DNA of 40,134 nt from a virus. Location: the UHGV virus genome UHGV-0384302; one strand, written 5' to 3'. The first letter of the stretch is position 1. Every line of letters begins with the position of its first letter. Below the pieces are notes generated by a model. The model made no database searches, was not told the origin of the DNA, and worked only from the letters and a program-made list of their open reading frames with translations. Shown piece by piece: positions 24,437 through 32,700 of this stretch. A program made the translations under genes and the position numbers.

Positions 24437-25420
24437 TTAGGCCGCCGCTTCCTTGCAGGGAAGCACAAAGACGGTCTTGTTGTCCAGGCGCGTTGCGCCC
24501 ATGGCAGCCTTGACCGTGATTTGTTCCCGGACGTCCACGTATTCCGGCCTGGGCTCGATGCGGAAGGAGGCGTCTTTCCACACGCCGAATTTGACGCGGC
24601 TCTTGAGCCAGGCGGCACAGAGGCGGTTTCCGTCGGCATCCACAGGCAGCATGTTGGTGACAAAGAACGTGCACTTGAGGAATTTATTGACTTCGCCGGT
24701 CGTAAGGGAAGAGAAGCCATAGTCCTTGTTCTGCGCCTGTTCCCACAGGATCATGTCCATTTCCTGGGTGGGGGAGATGGCTACGACGATTTCGTTCATC
24801 ATGTCACGGGATACGTTCATTGCCCGGTAGCGGCGGCGTAGTTCAGCGATTTTGTCGATGAGCATGCCGGCAGGAGTTTTGGTGCCTTTCGCAGCGTAGT
24901 CCACCGGGATGACCTGGGAGGAGCCGGCGGAGAGGTCCAGCGTTTCCAGTTCGTCTCCGTTTTCCCCGACGTAGTTCGGGGCGAAGATGCCGCCGCAAAC
25001 GCCATCTGCCTGCGTTCTGATTTCAAAGGCGCCGGATTTGCGGCCAACGCCCAGGATGACTTCATCGAAGGTGCGCTGGACGCCCTTGCGCTGTTCGCTC
25101 ATGACGTCGGATGCAGCAAGGTCCAGGGTGTCCATGTCCATCTTGTCATCTTCCGAGAGCGGGATGGAGCTGTAGAATTTGCGCTTCTTGAGATGACGCT
25201 CCCCAAAGTCCAGTTCATCCCATTCGAGCTTGACCTTGCGCCCCGTGTATTCCCGGATGTCCGTTTTGCCGTGGAACGGCAGGGAGACGGATTTGCCGGA
25301 GCAGTTGGGGTGCAGCGTCACGTAGGGTTTGACCAGGGACGTGTCCTGCTGGATTTGCGTGTTCCACTTGGTTTCGTATTTGGTACGAAACATTTTGGTG
25401 ATGTCGGATGTGAGTTCCAT
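24437..25420 (-). CDS. Major capsid protein (putative)
   Basis: 327-aa ORF. It is the only capsid-sized gene in the structural region, lies on its own strand segment with a strong terminator, and sits adjacent to the gp11-like gene. No clear family-specific motif recognised. Confidence 0.5.
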   Translation of the reverse strand: MELTSDITKMFRTKYETKWNTQIQQDTSLVKPYVTLHPNCSGKSVSLPFHGKTDIREYTGRKVKLEWDELDFGERHLKKRKFYSSIPLSEDDKMDMDTLDLAASDVMSEQRKGVQRTFDEVILGVGRKSGAFEIRTQADGVCGGIFAPNYVGENGDELETLDLSAGSSQVIPVDYAAKGTKTPAGMLIDKIAELRRRYRAMNVSRDMMNEIVVAISPTQEMDMILWEQAQNKDYGFSSLTTGEVNKFLKCTFFVTNMLPVDADGNRLCAAWLKSRVKFGVWKDASFRIEPRPEYVDVREQITVKAAMGATRLDNKTVFVLPCKEAAA

Positions 25421-25482
25421 ATCACCCCTTATGGCATAGGAGACAGAGAGGGGCTGATGCTCGTCCTGTTAATTCCACTGCT

Positions 25483-25546
25483 CATGATGTTAAGCGGATG
25501 GATCGTATTAACACCGTGAAACTATCGAACCGCCTGTGGAACTCCT
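25483..25546. promoter_or_regulatory. Second copy of the conserved TTAACACCGTGAAACTATC element with a short inverted repeat, upstream of the plus-strand virion-protein operon
   Basis: catgaTGTTAAgcggatggatcgtaTTAACAccgtgaaactatcgaacc...tatgATGG shares 19 identical nt plus downstream gaacc/tatgatgg/gcatgg blocks with 18376-18430. Confidence 0.45.
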
Positions 25547-26119
25547 ATGATGGGGCGCATGGACAAGGTGACGTTTTTCCAGCAGGCGCTTCAAACCCTT
25601 GGAGACCGCGAGTATAAGCGGGATACGCCCACGGGGAATGCCTGTGATTTGTGGTTCCCGACGGTGATGCACGAAGCTTTGAATTACGGAGCATGGAGTT
25701 TTGCAACCCGCTCTGTTGATTTATCCGCGGAGGAGGACGGAACGTTCCTGCTGCCGGAAGACTGCCTGCGCCCCTTGAAGGTGGATGCCATGCGCTTCCG
25801 CATCGATGGGCGCCGGGTGATTGTAGAGCAGCCCTGGACCAGCCGCGGTGACAAGGCGCTTTTCCTGCGTTACGTTTCCAATGCTCTGGCGAAGGCGGAA
25901 CGGCTGCCGGAGGACCAGCCCTTGTTCGTCCGCGGGGTGACGCTGCTCCTTGCCGCCCGCATAGCGGTAAAGATTACAGGGGACCAGCAGCTTGCCCTGG
26001 CTCTGGATCAGATGGCTTCCGCCACGCTGGCCGACGCCCTGCACAAGGACGCCCTGGCCCAGTACAGCAATGACCAGCACCCGCTGGCCGATATTTTGAA
26101 TTCTTCCATCGTAGGGTAG
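25547..26119 (+). CDS. Tail tubular protein A / adaptor (T7 gp11-like) candidate
   Basis: 190 aa (T7 gp11 is 196 aa). YGAWSFATRS...TFLLPED and LFVRGVTLLLAARIAVKITG resemble gp11 RGWTFNIEE...ITLLPD and [20 protein letters not shown]. First gene of the operon that continues into internal virion proteins. Confidence 0.4.
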   Translation: MMGRMDKVTFFQQALQTLGDREYKRDTPTGNACDLWFPTVMHEALNYGAWSFATRSVDLSAEEDGTFLLPEDCLRPLKVDAMRFRIDGRRVIVEQPWTSRGDKALFLRYVSNALAKAERLPEDQPLFVRGVTLLLAARIAVKITGDQQLALALDQMASATLADALHKDALAQYSNDQHPLADILNSSIVG

Positions 26120-26121
26120 TT

Positions 26122-26817
26122 ATGGGACAGACAATAGGTAATTTCGCGGCTGCTTCCAATTACCGGGCACAGGCTTCCGTAGCCCGTTCCCAGGGGAGGG
26201 CCCAGCAGATGTTTTTCAACAAGCGGGCGCAGAATCTGGAAGCGGAGGCCGTTTCCGATTCCCACCTTGCCGCCCTGAATGCGGGGCGGATGCGCCAGAA
26301 CCAGAGTGCGGCCATGGGAACCGCTCGGGCGCAGCGCGGCGCTTCCGGCCTGACATCCGAGGGTTCCGGCCAGCAGGCGGAGATCGCCATGGCGGATGTG
26401 TTTGAAAACGCCATTGGAGACATGGCTCTTTCCAATGCGATTTCTGATTCCAACAAGCGGTATGCCGCGGAGGTTTCCCGCTACCAGGGAGGGCTTGCCA
26501 TGCAGCAGGCGAATGCCGCCGCTTCCCAGTACAACACGCTCGCCCGGAATGCGACCACCGCGGGATTGGTTCAGGGTATCGGTTCCGTGGGGGCGGGTGC
26601 CCTTGGTTACACGCTGGGTTATCAGCAGACCAATCCCATCACAGGCAAGACGCATACTCTTTCCGGGTGGCAGGGCGCCCAGGCGGCGTTCAAGAGCGCC
26701 TATGACCTTTCCGGAACAGGGTTGTCCTGGATGCCCGGAACCCTTAACAGCGGCTCCCAAAATAGCGGAGCGCATTTGTTTGATTTCCTTTCCTCCATTT
26801 TCCCCTCCAAGCCATGA
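26122..26817 (+). CDS. Internal virion protein (T7 gp14-like) candidate
   Basis: 231-aa Ala/Gln/Ser/Gly-rich protein (MGQTIGNFAAASNYRAQASVARSQGRAQQMF...). Composition and periodicity resemble gp14-type ejection proteins. Located between the gp11-like gene and the large core proteins. Confidence 0.35.
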   Translation: MGQTIGNFAAASNYRAQASVARSQGRAQQMFFNKRAQNLEAEAVSDSHLAALNAGRMRQNQSAAMGTARAQRGASGLTSEGSGQQAEIAMADVFENAIGDMALSNAISDSNKRYAAEVSRYQGGLAMQQANAAASQYNTLARNATTAGLVQGIGSVGAGALGYTLGYQQTNPITGKTHTLSGWQGAQAAFKSAYDLSGTGLSWMPGTLNSGSQNSGAHLFDFLSSIFPSKP

Positions 26818-27158
26818 GACATTGCCCCACCGAAGCCTACACCTACCTCGAAGAACGGGAGCCCGGCCTTTACCACCGGCTTGTCCGCACGACACTTGAA
26901 TGCAACGGCATCGTCCATGCCGCGCCGGATTGTTTCTGTCTGGCGGTTCCCGCGCCGGACGATCCGCGCACCGTCGTCATCCTGTTCCAATGCTCGGAGC
27001 TCCCCGCCCTTTGGAAGCTGGCCAAGATGTACCGCCACCGTTTCGACAAGGTCCGGTTCCGGCGGGATTTCAAAAACCGCTACCCGGAGAGGACGGTTCA
27101 TATTGTCCGATTTATGCGGAAGGCCAGACTGGCCGCCATTGCCTCAAAGAACTCTTAA
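26814..27158 (+). CDS. Hypothetical protein (T7 gp13 position)
   Basis: 114-aa ORF overlapping the upstream stop (ATGA). Basic C-terminus. No recognisable domain. Confidence 0.4.
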   Translation: MRHCPTEAYTYLEEREPGLYHRLVRTTLECNGIVHAAPDCFCLAVPAPDDPRTVVILFQCSELPALWKLAKMYRHRFDKVRFRRDFKNRYPERTVHIVRFMRKARLAAIASKNS

Positions 27159-27170
27159 CTATTCACTTTT

Positions 27171-29708
27171 ATGCCTGAACAACCCATGTACAGCGGCGCC
27201 CGCACCCAGCTTGGAGACGGCGCTTCCCCCTTTGTCATCCCCAATATTGGAATTGACGCTTCACAGCACGCTATCCAGCGCGGCACCGTGACTCTGGATG
27301 AAACTGTGAAGCAGTATTTCAAGATTCAGGACTTTGGAGAGGAGCAACGCCTTGAGTCCGAGGTAAGGGGATTGCAGAGTAAGTTCGACGTGGAGTTCCA
27401 GCGGCGGGCATCCCTGGCTCCCGGCTCTTCCTCGCAGGCTTTATATGATTCCGACGGCACCTTGCGTGAAAGCGTGCTGCAGGACTTGTCCGATGAGTAC
27501 GCGGGAAAGATTGGAGAGCTGCGGGGCGGCTTTGTGCTGCCGGAGAGCCGCATGAAGTCCGATGCCATGCGCCAGCGAGTAGGTGATAGTTTTCTGAACA
27601 GCGCATACCAGAAAGCCGCCCTGCTGGGGATTCAGCGCACGCGGGAACACTTCCAGAACAACTATGACCTCGCCATTCGTAACGGAGACTACTCCGGGGC
27701 CGGGTACGCCATCACGGACGCACGTGACAACGGCGTCATCACCGCAGAAAAAGCGGACATCATGCTCCTTGACCTTCGGGACACTGCTCTCATGGCCCGC
27801 GCCCAAAAGCAAAGCGAAGAAGACCCCGTCGCCTTCTGGAATGAACTGGACGACGACGGCAGCCCTTACGCCGTTCTCCCCTCCTCTAAGCGCATGCAGC
27901 TCCAACGCCTCGCTTCTCTCTCCATGCAGGGATTCAGCCGTTCCTTCGTCAAATCCGTGGAAACAGGCAACGCCAAGGCGGAAAAAATCCCCGGATCCAA
28001 AACCTCAACAGCATCCACAGGCAGCGCGAAAAAAGAAAAGGAAATCTACAACCCGGCTCCCTCCAACATCACCCGCAATCTTCATGCCCTCTGGCGCAAA
28101 TACAACGGAGACTTCAAGGAAGGGCAAGGAAAAATAGACGCCATGCCCTTCCTTGCGGAACAGGGTCGAGCCATGATCACCTCGCCCAATGACGAAACGG
28201 AGGCGGAAATGGTCATCGCCCTCTACAAGCAATTCGGGCAGGGGGAAGACTACGCTAAAGCCATGGTCAAGCAATGGCAGGAAGACCTCGCCCGACCGAA
28301 GGGTCTTGACCCTAAAGTCACCTTATCCCATGCAGCCCAGGTGGGCTACTTCACCAGGGCGGAAGACGCGGCCATCCTTGCTCTTGAACAGGAAAAAGCG
28401 CAGAAACAGGAAGACGATGAATGGACGCCGGAAGATGAAGCCCGGCTCAAGGCCGCCAAAGACCGGAGAAAAGCCGCTGCGGAAAATGCCCAATCCATCC
28501 TCCTCGCCAATCTGGACATCTGGAAAAACGACCAGCAATACAACGGCGGAAAAGAAAAAAAGGAACTCACGGAACTCGAAATTGCCAACCGCCTGTGGGA
28601 CACCATCGCCAACTACACCCCAGGCAACAGGGATCAGGTTCAGCAAGACAGCTACCGACAACAGGAAGCAGTCAACATCACAGCGGCCAGTGACAATTAC
28701 GTTCGGAAGCAGGCCGCAGCCCAAAGCCGCAACCTTGACCTGAAAGCGGAACTGTCCGTTACCAACCGCCTCAATGAAGAAGAACGGAAAGCCGCAGAAA
28801 AAATGATCGCGGACATCAGGCGCAGGGAAGAAGAAGCCTACCGCCGCACGCAGCCCGTGGACTCCATCGTGCCCGTCAGCCGGAACAAAGACCTCCCCGC
28901 CCAATGGGGGGACGACGGACAGGAAGCCGTTCTCTACGTTCCGGAAGGCTGGTACGCGGAAGGAATCACCGTGGGCGTCACCACCCCCGGCCGCCGCTAC
29001 GCGGAAGCGAAAATCGTCTCCAAACCGGACTGCACCTCTCCCACCATGTCTAAAGCCCTTCGCCGCCAGCTTGGCACCATGAACATCAACTACGACCAAA
29101 TTACCGTCACCGCATCCGGCACCAAAGCCAACACTGCCGCCGGAAACACCGCTGCCCTCATCATCGGCAATGAAGCCCGCCGTGACAAACAGGGCAATCT
29201 TTCCATCTACAGACTCCCAGCCGGAGACGGCGGAGGAACGCATGAAATCGCCGGAATCAACAACGGCAGCCACCCGGCGGAATACGCCAAACTGGAAACC
29301 CTCGTCAAAGCGGGCAAACACGCGGAGGCGGAACAGGAAGCCAAACGGTACATCATGCAATATACCCAGCCCGTCGGAAACATCCTTCAAACCGCAGGCG
29401 TCACTTCCTCCGGCATAGACTACTTCCTCCGGGACATGTACTTCAACGGCGGCGAATATGGGGCCGTCCGCGTCATTCATCGCGCCCTCGGAGTGGAAGA
29501 CTCCAAAAAATTCAATGCGGACACCGTGGAAGCCGTAAAAAACTACCTCAAGACCCACACGGAACAGCAGCTCTTGGAACGCCTCAAAAACGCACGGGAA
29601 CGCCTCTACAAATCCATCGCCGCCAACAACCCGGACAAACGGCAATTCCTCTCCGGCTGGCTCAACCGGAACAACCGCGTCTACGGGCAGGCCGCGGAGA
29701 TGGCTTAA
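27171..29708 (+). CDS. Internal virion (ejection) protein with C-terminal GH108-like N-acetylmuramidase plus PG_binding_3 domain (T7 gp15/gp16 class)
   Basis: 845 aa, long charged helical regions. The C-terminal ~170 aa (...DGGGTHEIAGIN...YFLRDMYFNGGEYGAVRVIHRALGVEDSKKFNADTVEAV...RQFLSGWLNRNNRV) match the GH108/DUF847 core (DPGG.T..GI ... NGG...A.R.LQ.A.GV.DG..G..T) and the F..GW.NR ending of the PG-binding domain. Confidence 0.6.
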   Translation: MPEQPMYSGARTQLGDGASPFVIPNIGIDASQHAIQRGTVTLDETVKQYFKIQDFGEEQRLESEVRGLQSKFDVEFQRRASLAPGSSSQALYDSDGTLRESVLQDLSDEYAGKIGELRGGFVLPESRMKSDAMRQRVGDSFLNSAYQKAALLGIQRTREHFQNNYDLAIRNGDYSGAGYAITDARDNGVITAEKADIMLLDLRDTALMARAQKQSEEDPVAFWNELDDDGSPYAVLPSSKRMQLQRLASLSMQGFSRSFVKSVETGNAKAEKIPGSKTSTASTGSAKKEKEIYNPAPSNITRNLHALWRKYNGDFKEGQGKIDAMPFLAEQGRAMITSPNDETEAEMVIALYKQFGQGEDYAKAMVKQWQEDLARPKGLDPKVTLSHAAQVGYFTRAEDAAILALEQEKAQKQEDDEWTPEDEARLKAAKDRRKAAAENAQSILLANLDIWKNDQQYNGGKEKKELTELEIANRLWDTIANYTPGNRDQVQQDSYRQQEAVNITAASDNYVRKQAAAQSRNLDLKAELSVTNRLNEEERKAAEKMIADIRRREEEAYRRTQPVDSIVPVSRNKDLPAQWGDDGQEAVLYVPEGWYAEGITVGVTTPGRRYAEAKIVSKPDCTSPTMSKALRRQLGTMNINYDQITVTASGTKANTAAGNTAALIIGNEARRDKQGNLSIYRLPAGDGGGTHEIAGINNGSHPAEYAKLETLVKAGKHAEAEQEAKRYIMQYTQPVGNILQTAGVTSSGIDYFLRDMYFNGGEYGAVRVIHRALGVEDSKKFNADTVEAVKNYLKTHTEQQLLERLKNARERLYKSIAANNPDKRQFLSGWLNRNNRVYGQAAEMA

Positions 29709-29729
29709 CCCTCACCACCTCTTTCCATC

Positions 29730-32700
29730 ATGGACTACTTGCAGGAAAACACCTTCTTCATCCCGTCCCCCGCGCCCGCGCCTGAACAACTCGCCTCCCC
29801 GGACTATGAGCAGCAGCGGAAACAGGACATGGACTACCTCTCCAACTACCTCCTCTCCGGCCAGTACCCGGAACACCGCGCCTTGGCGGAACAGGCCCAC
29901 GGCCATGACCCCTATGCCCATGCGCCGGAACAAGAACGCAAATGCTTCGTTGGGCGTAAAGCCTGCGGCGTCCTCCTCGGCAACGACCAGGTCCCGGACA
30001 TGTACTTCCGCCAGCAAAACCTCCCCATCCCGGATGGGGCGGACACGCGGGAAAAAATGTACATGGCCGTCTATGACCACCTTGACGGCGTCGTCAAGCA
30101 GGCCAAGCAGAAACAGGTGGAAGAACAAAAAGCCCTGGAACAATACGGCCAGCAGTTATTGGGGCGCATTGACCGCGCCTGCAAAGGCAGCGGAGAACAA
30201 TGGACGCCCAAAGACATAGACATGATGGGCCGCGCCGGAATCACACCGGACATCATCAACCGCGTCCGCGCCGCCTATGCCAAACTCCCCGTCGGCAGTT
30301 TCATCCTCGATGATGCCGATGCGGCAAACGTCATGACGGCAGCCGGACTCAACAAAGACGACCTCACGCCGGATGACAAAAAAGTGGAAGACATCCTCAT
30401 GAGCCTGTGGGGCAAGGCCATCTATGACAACTACGGAGCCAACATCGACAGACAATATGAAAACCCCGTCGCTCAATATGCCTACGAAAGCATCAAGCCC
30501 ATCCACAACCTCTACTACTCCACGCTCTCCGGCGCAATGGGCGTCTTGGAAAACCTCCGCAATGTAGACGCGGACGTCCCCTCCTTCATGACGCCGGGGG
30601 ACCGCATGGCATACGACCATATCCCCTTTGACAACAAAAACCCCTTCCTCTCGGCGGAAGAAATGCGGCATGACAAGGGACTCCTCCGCACCATCGACTT
30701 CCGGGCAAAAATGAAAAACGTCCGCAAGGCGGCCCAGCAGGCATACACCGAAGGGAGGCAAACCTGGGGAATCAACAAATTCGCCGTCACCCTTGGCGAC
30801 ATGGTCGGTCAATCCGTCCCCAACGCCATACCCTACTTTGGCGTGTACAGCCTCCTCAAAGGATCCGGCACGCAACGCTATGAAGAAGGCGTTGCCCTCG
30901 GACTATCCCGTGAAGAAAACGTCAAACGTGCATCCCTCTTCGGGGCGGCGGACACCCTGGAAGAAAAAATCGGCATGGGCGTCCTTGGCAAAGTCCCCGT
31001 GCTGGGGCGTCTCCTGAACGCCGGACTCAACAAAACGGGCCTCCCGTACAACTCCCTCCGCGCCAAATACCTCGCCAGTGAAACCGCCCAAATATGGGGT
31101 AACACCGCGGCGGGCGTGCTGGAAGAAGGCGTTGCGGAACCCATCGTCGGGGGCACTACCCGCGCTCTCATGAGCAACTTCCTTGACGATGATCGGGGCA
31201 AAACCTCCCTCTCCGCCATCCCCGGCGCCATCCTCCAAAACTTTGAAGGCTACCAGGGCCTCGCCCTTGCCTTCTACTCCCGCGGCTTCGTCAAACTCGC
31301 GGAACCCCAAATCCGGGAAAACGTCAAGCACTTCGCGGAATCCCTGGACGGATTCACCGCTCTCGGCGGTTCGGAATCCGGCTACCTTCGCGCCTTGGAA
31401 ATCAAAGACACCGACGCCCGCAACGACTTCATCGCCGAACACCTTAAAACCGAATGGGCAAACAACCCGGAACAGGCAGCCCGCCGGGCGGAACAGGGAA
31501 ACGCCGCCCTCCTCGGTACACAGGAAATCGCCCAGCTCCGCGAACTCGAATCCTTCCGCGCCTTGCAGGAGCGCGGCGTCATTCCCCGCTTTGAGCCAGC
31601 GCAGGAAACGGGCAAATACCGTGTCTACCTTAACGCGGAAACAGCGGAAACCCGCCGGAAGACCCAACCTTCGGAGGAAGGAATTTCCGCGGAGAACCCC
31701 GTGGCGGAACAAACGCGGCAGGGGCAGGACTACGCCCTCATGACGGAAGACCAGCTCAACACCCTCCTCACCCTCTCCATTGGAGAACGTGAGCGGGACA
31801 CCATCCTGTGGGCGCAAAACCTCCTCGCGGCGGAAAACGTCGTGGACTACCTCGAACAACAGGGATGGAAAACGGAAAACATCGGCCAGACGGAAACCAC
31901 AGCCACCCTCCGCACGCTCGCCCGGCAGGCTACCGCCACCGTCCGCCTGCTGGAAACCTCCGGCATCACCCGGCAGGAAGCCCTTGCCTCGGTCAACCCG
32001 GACATCTCGGAACATGCCAGCCTCCAAAGCATCATCACCGCCTACTCCGGGTCCAAGGGCAGGGCGGCCACCGCCCGCCGCCGCGGGGAACAAACCTCCT
32101 TTGCCTCGAATGCCTATGTCATCCGCCAGCAGGATCCGGTCAACGGAGGCTTCCAGCAAATACTGCGCTTCTCCCGTGGAGAAGCCACGGTGGAAAACCT
32201 GTGGGAAGAAACCATGGAACAGGCCGCCATCAACTGGTGCGCCCAGGAAAACCTCTCCCCGTCCACCTTCGGCAGCCAGCTACAGGACATGCAGCGCGCC
32301 GTCAACCAGCTCTACGGAGAAGAAGGGGGCGTTCAATTCATCGGCCTTGACGTCGTTCCCACCTCCGGCGACGTCGTGGAAGCCCTCTCCCTCATCGGAC
32401 GTTCCCGCCTCATGCACGACGTGGTAGCTGGCACCAGCAGCCTCCCCTCGTGGATCCAGAAACTTGTCCGCTTCGTCTCCTCCTTCCTCGAACAATTCCG
32501 TGCCAAGGCGGAACTCGGCCACGCCATCGCCAAACTGGAATCATCCGGCCAGCTCACCCCGGAAATGCAAAACCTCATCAACGCCATGACCGGGGCCGTG
32601 GACTCCATCCACGCGCGGGACATCCGGCAGGAAGCGGACATCGTCACCGCCGTGGAAAGCTCCATCGCGGAACATGAAGCCGCCTTCACCCGTGCGGGCA

